From contig OX638154.1 of assembly GCA_951804945.1 (NCBI GenBank), positions 64,356,001-64,420,000 of the forward strand: 64,000 bases of DNA, written 5' to 3'. Source of the stretch: Podarcis cretensis (taxonomy: Eukaryota). A program made the position numbers and the translations under genes. Below the pieces are notes generated by a model that did not search any database, was not told the DNA's origin, and saw nothing but the letters and a program-made list of their open reading frames with translations. This document shows, in pieces, positions 26,001 through 38,000 of this stretch; the first letter of the stretch is position 1; every line of letters begins with the position of its first letter.

Positions 26001-29000
26001 TGATAAACAGCTACTTGATTTTCATTTGGAATTTGTGTTTTCATTGTTTTTCTTTTACATTTCTTTTGCTCATGGGTTTCAGAAGATGATGCTTATGTTG
26101 ACAAACTGCTCACGTTTGAAAGGCATTGTGAAACTCCTGCAGGTACTGTACTAGCAGAGTGGTTTCAAGAAATCTGGATTTAAAATCCTAGCCATTGTCA
26201 TCTGAATGCTTCCTTCACTGCCACCCTCACCACCATGAGTGTCAAGTGCATACAAATATATACTGTACTTATATGTAAAAGAGAGGAACTCATGCCAAAC
26301 TCAGAAATGCAGCATATAGCATGCCAGTTTCCCAATGGCAAGAGTTTTGGAGAGGTGATAGATTTTTGACTTGTGGTTCTTTTTTATGTAATGTATAATG
26401 CTACCACTCAAGAGCAGGTCTTTCCCATATGTATATTCTGTCAACCCAGCTCTTCCTTCATTTTACAAGGCCCGATGTGCTTAGCTTCAGCAGTAGTATT
26501 TCCTTAGGTATTTTTAGTTTGTTTTACATGTACCCTGGGCTCTTTAAAATATTGTGATTCAAAGTAACTGGTAATTTTTGACTAGGAGAGAGAGAAGGGT
26601 AGCTTTAAATGTTAATTTATTGGTTCAGTTTGGAATTTTATCATATAATACGGTTCAATAAAATCATGCACTTAACCAACATTCCAGAAATCCTGCCCAG
26701 TAGTTAGTTAATCCAAATTTAGCACCTTTAGGGGAAACTGTCAAACCAGAGATTAATGGTGCCTTTGGAAGCCCACCCATACTGAAGATCCATGCAACAT
26801 ACGTTCAGAATTATAATGCATGCTTATCTCAAGAGCATGTGAGTGCCAGAATCATTGCCATGTTTTCCCCTTACCAGCCTTTTTCTTCAAGACAGGTTCA
26901 TGTAATAAAGTTTAGTGCTACATTTTCAGATGTTGTTTTCATACCCAGAGGCATCTTCCAACATTACAGCAGCATCTTTAAAATGGAGACAAGGCCTTGT
27001 GTGACAAATTCCGCCCAAAGCTAGTACAGCAAAAAAACCCCAACATACTAATATTCTGTTGCAGCAACAGAACACTTCTCACACCCTCCATGCACAAACA
27101 CGTAGGCAGCAATCCAGTGGGCAAAAATTATCTCCATTTAGGATTCCATAGCTTGCCATTTTTTTACTTTTTTTTTTTGCTTTCTGTTTCCTAAAATAAA
27201 ACAAGAAAATTGTTTTAAACTCCCTTCTACTCCCCCTTGCACGTTAACAGCTCACAGCGCCTCTTCCTCCCCTGTAGTGAGATTAATAACCTGCTTCTGT
27301 GACTTACACTTATGTCCTTCTCTCTCCCNNNNNNNNNNNNNNNNNNNNNNNNNNNNNNNNNNNNNNNNNNNNNNNNNNNNNNNNNNNNNNNNNNNNNNNN
27401 NNNNNNNNNNNNNNNNNNNNNNNNNNNNNNNNNNNNNNNNNNNNNNNNNNNNNNNNNNNNGAACTTTAAGCCCCCACTTTGCTCTTATTATTTAATAGAA
27501 GCCCTTTGGTTTCCTACAAACAAACAAACCCATTCTACCTTTCTGTATGGTAATGCTATGGCTACTTAGATGACATGACGAGTTCAATCAGAATCATTTT
27601 AAAATTTGATTTGTACAACTGTCCCTTCAATTGTTATAATTTAAAGGGGGAATGGGGAATTAATTGTTGTTGATTTTTTTTAAAAAAAATCTTCTGGAGT
27701 TACTGATTATCAAAGAACTTGACTCTGTCAACCAGGGCTTCTTTGTATACACTTTGCAAGCAGTTTTTACACCTTATAGCAGTTACACATTATAAATATA
27801 GGTAGAATGTTCTATTATCCTGTTATCCATTTCTAGAGTTTTCCTTGCCATCATATTCTTAACCATGACAATCTCCCATTCCCCTAATAAATAGAGTATT
27901 TCAGAGAAATATGAAAAATACATTTGTATTTAGTGCTTGGATCATGTATCAAGACCGTTTGACGGGGGGGTGGATAAAAATAGTACAGTATTACAATCTG
28001 AATGTTGGTCAATTAATAAAAGTCCATTATCCCTTTGTTACTTCAGTGGTGTCATTTTAACATTTATGTAACCTTTTTCCAGCTTGGCTATACAGGAGAG
28101 TTAAAGCTTTCCTATATTAAATGTTTGATTTCATGAACCTGTTTTATTCTGTGGCAAATATCCCCTGGAGTAAAAATTGGTTGGCACAACTCAAGTTGTT
28201 TTTAGTACCCCAAAAAAGTGTTCCAGAGCATTGTTGAACCCCCTGAACCATGGGAAGGTACTGCAGAGAAGTGGCGCAGAATCAGCAAAATCACCTCCCT
28301 CTACCTTCCCCTTGCAGAAACTCTACACTACAGGTTACCAATCCCTTTCCTCACAGAAGGGGCTCTTCCCTGAATGGAAGGATAGCTTCTTAACCTTTTC
28401 TCTGGAATTCCTCCACATATCTTGTTACCTCTAATTCAACTCCAGGGATAAATTTATAAGAAAAAGAAAGTGTACTAGAATGACTGAGTTTCATGTGAGC
28501 ATGAAATGTTGTGATCTGAAATGGAATATGTAAGTCAGTTAGCCAACAAGGTGCCCTCCAGATGTTCTGGACTACAGCTCCCATTATCCTCAGTCATTGG
28601 CCATGCTGACTGGGGCCGATAAAGTTATAGTTCAAAATGTTTGAAGGGCACCTGATGAAGATTGAGAAAGCTAAGTTTGATGGCTCTGGAAATGTTTTTC
28701 TGTTATAAACTAGGCAAAGAGAATGCATCTTTCATTCCCGTTAAGTCAGCCTCTGCCTAATCTTAACCAGTTACTGATAGGTCTTTGTGATTTGCAAATA
28801 CTGATACGATCCTTTTAGTTTTCTAAGTTAAAGGAATACCCCCTAATGGTTTATGTACCTTAAATGTACTTCACAGAACTAACATCATAGTACAACTCTT
28901 CTGCTATATGTAAAAGTTGTTGCCCATCTGCAAACAGTTGTTTTTTTAATCAGTCTTGGGAAATTGTCCATATTTGGTGCCAGTAAACTTTAATTTTGTA

Positions 29001-32000
29001 GGAAAACAGCTATGGGGGGGGCAGCTTTAATTGACTGGATGTTTCTCTCAGCAGTTAATTGTTTGGGCCTATACTCAAGCTGGGCTTGAGAGTCCTGTCA
29101 AAAGTAGCACTGGAGCTCTAGAAGTTTTTGCACCTGGTTCCCTCCGTGCTTGTTTTTGGTGCCATGATGCCAAGCGGCGGACCCAGTCTTATTTTGTGGA
29201 CATTGTTTTTGACCTGTGCCTCTGCTAATTTAGTTTTGTGCGTTTTGTTACATTTTATTTTTTGTGAACCACCTCAAGTTCCTTCAGTAGACAGAACGGC
29301 AAGATAAAAATATTTTGAATAAATAAAACAGTATTGCTTAAACATGTGTAGAACCAACCCAGGGAATCCCTGTGGATTTGGCTCTGTGGATAAAGAACCT
29401 ATCAGCACATTGGGGAAAGGCAGCATTCACACATGCACACTACCAAGCAGACATTGATCCAGCACACTTTTAGTGCATTTGAATAGGGCTTTCATTTCTG
29501 CCATTCCAGCCTGCCTTTAAAAAGCAAATATGGACAGTGGTTTGACTTCTTGTATTCACAAAGCCTATGATTTCCTGCTAGTGATTTCATGATTTATACT
29601 TGCATTGTTAAGTAAACAATTTCTTTCTGTAGGTAAGAATTATCTACATTTTTTTGTTTAAATTTGATCAGTTTCCATATATTTTTAAATCTTGCATAAT
29701 CAGCTCATAAAAATACAGACAAATCTCTCAAAATAGGAAATGCCTTATACCTCAGGCTTGAGAATTTAAAAAATGGCCAAAATGCTAAGTCTTGTCACTA
29801 GGGCAAAATCAACCACAGGTTAGTCCTAACCCTTCTTACATTGACTCCCTTATGGTTGAATCTGAGAGCCCTAGACTATAAAATATAGTTTTTAAAAGGT
29901 CTTCATCAGGTGCCAAAGAGGCATTACATAAACAAACAAACAAAAACAATAACCACATGTCAATAAAGTCTGTTCAATAAAGCAATTTCAATAACCTGTA
30001 AACAAACCCAGTAGAAAAACAACAAAAACTTCAGCAGCAAGTACAATAAGAGCAGATGGTGCAAATTACCAAAAAGCTGGATTGATTTCTTAGTTTCTAA
30101 TTGGATTTCTTTGACAAAGACTCCATTCAGCATTGACAGAATAAGTTTATTCAAGGCAAGGGGAATAAGCCACAAAGTGTTGGGTATTTTCCTGCAATTG
30201 CCCGTTTGTGGGAGGAGGAGAGGAAGAAAGGGAGTGATGAGCAGTAGGTGGTAAAGAGGAAGCCTGAGGAACTAAGTGAGGAGGACAGGATCCTGCAGAT
30301 TCTGAAAAAGTTTACCCCAACCCTCCCCCCCCCAAAAAAAGATGGTGCTGAAATCCCATCCCAGCAACTGCATCTGCGTCACTATCAGAAGCTGCTGACT
30401 ATCTATGGCAAAGCAGGATATTTGTTTGGATTTCTGCAAAGCTCAAGTTTATAATACATTTGAAGCCAATTTGCATCCTAAATAGAAGTTGTTCTTAAGG
30501 TTGGAGCCTGGTAGTTGGTGCTGCTAGACTTTCTTGTAGGGTAGAGTCACCAGATGTTCCCGGGGACAGTCCCCGGATTCACCAATCTGTCCCCGGACAA
30601 AATCTGTCCCTGGAATGTCCTCGGGGACAGCAGAAAATTTTAAGTGTGGGAGAACATTGGGCAAAGGAAATCATTGTACTGGTGCCATGTGTCCCAGTGC
30701 ATGTGACCCATTGTCTAGGCCCAGCAAAGGGAGGAGTCAGCCTGCATTCACGTGGGATCTGCAAGATGGGATGGGATCCCCTTTTGTACTAACTCTGCAA
30801 TTGCTTATAAAGGCACAGTTGTTGCTCAGATGCCAAATGCAAACTGAGCATCATTGGGCAGCCTGCACTATGACCATAAGTTTGGTGCTACATGAAGCTC
30901 TCAAAACAGGAGCATAGGAAGCTGCTTTATACCACATTAGTTTGTTGGTCTATCTAGCTGTGATTTGGAATGGCTCTCCAGCGTATCAAACAGGGCCCTT
31001 CCTATTTGGTAATTATAGTTCATAGTGTTTAATGTTTACATTAAGTTTATTCAAGGCAAGGGGAATAAGCCACAAAGTGCTGTCTGTTGAAAACAAGGCA
31101 ATGTTGTGTGGTGGACCCTCTTGGTTGCAGTTTTAGAAACTTGACAGATTCACTCTGTTTGGATAAAGCAGTGTAATACAGAAAGTGAGGCAGGTGATGT
31201 TTAGTTCACAGAAAAAGAGAGTCCCAAGCAAGCGGCAGTAGAGTTTGATCTCCCATCCTCTTCTTTAAACTACTGCCTAAAAAAATCTGCTGCCTTTGCA
31301 AACCTGCATCCTAAGTAATTATCAATCTCCAACTTCATTGTACTGTAATGTAGTCCCTAGTCAAGCCTTAAATTGTAGTCCCTCTGCTGCTGAGTTTTGT
31401 ATAACACGTAACAAACTGATGCTTAATAAATACTAATACTTTTTACTCCAAGGAGCATATTTGACAGAAAAGTAATCTCTCATCTACAGATACATTTTGT
31501 GGTACTTTATTTTCCCAGCTTTTATGTCTCCACTACAGTAATCCATGCCTCTGAAGCGCTTTGGTTTGTCATGATTGTAAATCACACTACTTGCAAATAT
31601 CACATATGAAAGTTACATTAAAATTGCTGCTTCTGCAAATTTATCTCTTCACTTGTTGGGTAACATTTTAGAAAAGCTGTTTTCCATTTAGTGTGAATGT
31701 ATTTCATAATCTCCAATAGTAACAATAGTTGGGTTTTTGTTGGGTCTAAAATATTGGTTCCCTACTTTTTCTTTCTTCTGTGAACTTAATTTAATTTTGT
31801 CTGCTTAGAAGACATATTCTCAAATCAACTGCTTTGTGAATAAGAAGGCTGGAGTATCAGTTTATGCTTATTGGGTCTTCAAATCTTATTTAAAATGAAG
31901 AAGGGTGCTTAAGTCTATGGGACAGCAACTATATCCATCTGAAGTGTGCTGCCTAGCCTCTGCTTGACAATTTCAAAGCTAAAAGAGGTATGAGAAAACT

Positions 32001-35000
32001 GGCATCTATGGCAACTCATGGGGCTGGCAGGTCAACTGAGTAAGACCTCACTCATCCACAGTTTGATTTTGGATGAGGAGGTTGATCTGGTTTGTATCAC
32101 TGAGACTTGGGTGGATGAGCAGGTTGGAGTTGATCTCACCGAACTGTGCCCATCTGGGTACTCAGGTTAGCATCAGGGCTGACTTGAGGGGGGAGTAGGG
32201 GAAGTTGCTGTGTTCTACAGAAATTCTCTCCCTCTCCTTCTCCCTGCTATCTGTACAGTTGGGGGATCTAAAGTGTGTGTTCCTGGCATTGGGCAATCAG
32301 GACAGATTAGGGGTTCTGCTGTCTTGCTTCCCGCTCAGCTTTCTCCTTGCCTAAGCTTACAGAGCTGGGCTCAGAGGTGGTGTTGAGGACTCCCAGACTG
32401 CTGGTTTTGGGGGACTAACATCCATGCTGAAGCGAGTGGCTCTGGGGTGGCTCAGGACTTCATGGCTGCCATGACGACCATGGGGCTGTCTCAACATGCC
32501 ACCGGTCCAACACATGTGGCAAGCCACACTCTGGACCTTGTTTTCTCAACTGTGCAGGAAGAGGGTGATCTGAAAGTAGGGAGCATTGAAATCAGTCTCT
32601 GGTCATGGTCAGATCACTTCCTGTTGAGTTTTAGGCTTTCAGCATCTTTCCCCCTTTGCATGAGGATGGTTTGCCCTTGGAGGCTGATGGACCGAGTGGG
32701 CTTCCAGGCGGCTCTGGGGAATTTTCTGGCTAATATGACTTGTGCTCCTGTTGAAGTCCTGCCTGACCTCTGGAACATCTGAATGGCTCAAACCATTGAT
32801 GCAATTGCCCCTGAGCTGCTCCTCCTGCTTCATGGAGCCCATTGAGCTCCCTGGTATACTCCAGAGCTTAGGGCGAGGAAACAAGCTGGACGCAACTGCA
32901 AGTGGAGGAAAGATCTGGCTGAATCCAACCAAACAGTGGTGAGGGCTCATCATTGAGCCTACCTATTGGCAGTGAAGGCACAGGAATGAAGGCATCCTTT
33001 TTACCTCCATTGCATCCTCACTATGCCGCCTGGCATAGCTTTTCTGGGTAATACAGGCCTTTTAAAGTCTGGCCTTAGGCAGTTGACAGAATGACAGTAG
33101 CTTGCTGTGACTTGTTTGCAAAGCATTTTTAGGACAGCATGGCTTGCATCTGTTACAGCACATGAATCCTGAGTTGTGTCCAGAGCACTGTCTAGTCTTG
33201 TTATGTTGGATAAGTTTCAGTTAGCAAGGCTCAAGAATGTGGGAAAGGTGCTTGGATAAGGTTGCCATATTCCAAACAGTGAAAATCCAAACACCAAATT
33301 TGACACTGCCAACATGGATTTTATGCTGATGGATGCAATATTCCAGATATGCCCAGGAAATTCAACACATATGGCAGCCCAATGCTTGGATCAGTCAGGG
33401 CGACCACTTGCGCTCTCTACCCTTGCCCCTTTGGGTTGATAAAAACTAGCAGAGAGGGGACAGCTGTCTGTTTGATAAGCAATTGCAACATAGAGAAGAT
33501 AGGATTACCTGGTGGGCACTATAGCAGATCTCCACGGTGTGCCCATGGGCTTCAGACTTGAAGGAAAATTTCATCCTCTCTCTTTTTAACCTGCTCTGCA
33601 CATGTTGAAATAACCATTGTTTTTCCTGTACATAGCTCACGGTTCTGACCAAAAATGAAATTTCAGGTTTAAATTCCCTCTTCTTGTTTGTATATAAATA
33701 TCACAGCTTATACAATTCACAACACTGATATTAAATATAACACCATGTAACCACTCACATTCATTCAACAACTAAACAGGCAATTTTATGTTAATTGATA
33801 CTGTTATTTCCATGATGATTGCTTCATAATTGGTACACACTTGAACCAATTAATTTTACTTAGCCATGTAATTTTATCTTGACTATTTTGAATTGATTTA
33901 TTCACAGTGTACTCTGAAATTTTGCTGGTTCTATCTATCTCTATTTGTCCCTAAGCAATAAAAGCATAACAGTATAAAATAATAAAATTTCAAGGTTACA
34001 GAACCCCAGTGCCTTAACCGTACTTCTCATTTTAACAAACTTTGATGTGCTGAATGTTGTTGTGATAAATGAACCTGTCATATAAGCATCAAAATACATT
34101 TCAACGTCCGAGTTTATTTTCATATTTTGTGTAGTATTTTGAGTTGTATAATTGTGATATTAACAATGAGCTTTTCATTCTTAGCTCTTCTTTATTAATA
34201 CTCTTCATATTCACAGCACAATTTGTAGAAGGACATTTTGTACTATTAAAGCTATAATAGATGTACTTTGTACCTGTCTAAAAGGGATGGCATGAATAGG
34301 CTACAAGACAGAATTTACGCAAGAAGCTTTTATTACTTGCCTAAGGGCCAAACTACACATGATGGGCAATTCTCTAATTTTTCTTCCATGTTGAGCAGCT
34401 AGGAAGCCAAAGCTTTGAGCAGAGAACCAGAACAGGGAGGGGCTGAAGAATGATTTCCTTTTCTACTGCTTGTTTGCTCAGAATCTCCCCCTGGCAGGGA
34501 AAGCCCAGGTTAAAAGAGCAATTTTCAGCAAATGGCAAGAATGGTTAGGATTAAGCAGCCTCTCCTTTTCATTTTCCATTTCAGCTTCCCATGGCTGCTT
34601 CTTATTCAGGAAGAAGGTGGGAGGGAGAAGCATGGAACTTGCTATATATCCATAACAATGATTTGCTTACATACATGTTAGTTCTCCCTACATGAGAATT
34701 TACAGCCTTGTGGTTTTGATCCATTTGTTCATGCTACACACAGCAGTGGCAAAGGTTGCTTAAAAACACAAGGCGGACATGCCCCTGTGAATGATGTGAT
34801 CTGCTATGAACTGCAATTCTGTAATCCTTTTTGTTTGTTGCTGTGCTATGAAACTGGATGTGAAAGAGAGGGGAGGCATGAATGCCTATGGTCTGTTTAA
34901 GACCACTTGTGCATTAATTACCTAAGAGTGACTAAATATGACCTGACTTTAACTGTTCTTTAATTGTTCCTCCAAGTCAAGTGTCAATTCCAAGCCAGGA

Positions 35001-38000
35001 TGATAACCTGGATAAATATTGCTTTTGGGTGTTAAATTGCTCAGCAGTGAAAATGGTCCTGTAGTCTAGGTTTCAACTCTACATCTGTAAGATGTGAATC
35101 AGAGTTATCTCTCTTACTGAATAGCTGTGAGGGTGATTAAGGATTGCAAATCACTTTATGCAAGGAGAATATTCTGCATGATGACTAAAAAAGCAAATGC
35201 AGGCTACATAAACAGAAGCATAGCTTCCAGGTCACAAGAAGTAATAGTTCTACCCTATTTTTCTGCTGGTCAGCCAGCATTTGAATAACAGTCTTCAAAT
35301 ATCTTCAGGGCCCTCATGCAGAAGATGGGATGAACTTGTTCTCTTTTGTTCCAGAGAGTAGAACTAGAACAAAGGGGTGGAAATTGCAAGGGAGCAGATT
35401 TTGGCTAAACATTGGGAGAGGCCACCTAATGGCAAGAACTGTTCTAGACTGTTAGAACAGTAACGACTGGAACAAAGACTGCCTTGGGAGGATGTGGCTA
35501 TCCATTGGGGACACAATAAATGCTTCGTGCATTACGCAGCCTGCATTGTGTAGGGGGTTGGACTAGATAAACGCTGTGGTCCCTTACAACTCTGTAATTC
35601 TATAGTGTAAATAAAGCATAAAATGAAATTTTAGCAAAAAATTACACTTGCCTAAATCTATCAAGAAAAATAGCTATGGAGAAACAACTTCTATCCTTTA
35701 TAATTTCTTTGATAGATCTAAAACTACCTGGACAAATTGCATAGGAATGCACATTCAGAACCACATGGGCAGATTGCTGAGGGATTCATGTTCAAATATA
35801 CTTTAGCATTATACGTATGGATGTAAGGCAATGTACAGCAATGCAGGTGGGCAACTTCACTTTCCAAAGTATTTGTCTAATCCTATAGGAGTTTCTTGCA
35901 TGAGATTATAAATCGATCAGGGCCACTTGATTACTGTTCTGTACATCTACTGGATTTTAAATATGTACTATAAATAAGAATTTAGACCAAGATGTGGGTT
36001 AAACCACAGAGCCTAGGACTTGCCGATCAGAAGGTCGGCGGTTTGAATCCCCGCGATGGAGTGAGCTCCCATTGCTCGGTCCCTGCTCCTGCCAACCTAG
36101 CAGTTTGAAAGCACGTCAAAGTGCAAATAGATAAATAGGTGGGAAGGTAAACGGCGTTTCCGTGCGCTGCTCTGGCTCGCCAGAAGCGGCTTAGTCATGC
36201 TGGCCACATGACCCGGAAGCTGTACGCCGGTTCCCTCGGCCAATAAAGTGAGATGAGCGCCGCAACCCCAGAGTCGGTCACGACTGGACCTAATGGTCAG
36301 GGGTCCCTTTACCTTTATGGATTAAATATAAGGTTGGATAATTTGACACGTTGCTATCATAACTGGAAATGACCTATTTATTGAGGGCAGCTAGCTTAAT
36401 TTGATTTACAAAGGTCATGCCACATCTGTCCTGCTGAAACATTTACCTTTTGCACTTGGAGAAGTGACACTTAAAAATGTATTACAGTGGTAACAGCTGA
36501 ATTTATAACATGGGCAATAAGCAGTTACAACCCAAGCACCACTGAGATGATGAAACTAAATTACACCTTGATGGTTAATGTGACAAAATAAATTATTGGG
36601 ACGTTGGGATACAGAAAAAGAGACAGAACCAAATAGTTTTTAACAACTGCTTACCACACATCATACAATTAAAGTATGTGACTTACCCCAGTGAAACAAA
36701 AAGGGATTGGGAAGCGCTCCAAAACGATCTCTCCAATATGTACAAATGGGCAAAGGCAGTTCAATGGAAATAAGGATAAAGTGATGAACGTCAGGGCAAA
36801 AAAAATCTTAATTTCACATATATGCTCATGGTGTCAGTTTCTCACCAGAAACGAGACATTAGGGTTATCGTGCATAGTTGGATGAAGACATTGGGCCTAT
36901 GTATAGCAACTGTAAAGAAGGCAAATTCTATGCCAGGAAATAGGAATTTAATTGGAAAAAACCCTGAGAAGAAGCCTGGTATAATACAGGTAGCAGCTTA
37001 TAATAGAGAACAATTTAGTCTAAGGAAACTCCACAGAAGTACTGCAGCTATCAAAATTGGGTTATCCCATTAGCTTCTTTAAAGTGAATGGTTAGTCTTA
37101 ATTATAAAAATAATTCTTCCGTCCCACAACAATCCAGATTCTGGAGTTCATGAAAGATTTGTCACAAAACTTCATAAAATTCCTGACAATGCCTCATGTT
37201 GGTTCAGTTCAGACTGTGTGTGTACAACCATCACACATATGCAAAGGTATGCATAGTGCTAAATTTTGCTGTTATCGGGATGTAGATTTATATACCTATC
37301 CTGTGTTTTTTCCCATTTCATTTGCATCAATGGGCAAGGCCAAATGTGATGCTTCTATTCTTCTACACATCCATTCCATCTAGTGCATACCAGTTATCCT
37401 GTTCCTGTGTGGTTAAAGGTAAAGGTACCCCTGCCCGTACGGGCCAGTCATGTCCGACTCTAGGGTTGCGTGCTCATCTCGCTCAAGAGGCTGGGAGCCA
37501 GCACTGTCCGAAGACACTTCCAGGTCACGTGGCCAGCGTGACGAAGCTGCAGCTGGCAAGCCAGCACCAGCGCCACACACGGAAACACCGTTTACCTTCC
37601 CGCTATAAAGCGGTACCTATTTATCTACTTGCACTTAAGAGTGCTTTCGAACTGCTAGGTGGGCAGGAGCTGGGACCGAACGACGGGAGCTCACCCCGCC
37701 GCGGACCGCCAACCATACGATCGGCAAGTCCTAGGCACTGAGGTTTTACCCACAGCGCCACCCGCATCCCTTCCTGTGTGGTTACTTTTATTGAATTTTA
37801 CATTTCAAGGTGCAAGCACAAAATGGTTTCTAGTGAGTCTGCAGTGTTGCATAGTTGCAAAATACTTGTGGAAGCAGGTGCTGTGTCTCTTGAATACCAC
37901 TGCAAAACGTAAACTGTGGCACCCCTACCAAATGACTTGCCACAGCCAGTAAGTAGGAACCATCTCAAAATTGTAAATATGCTACCTAGAGTTCATCTAT

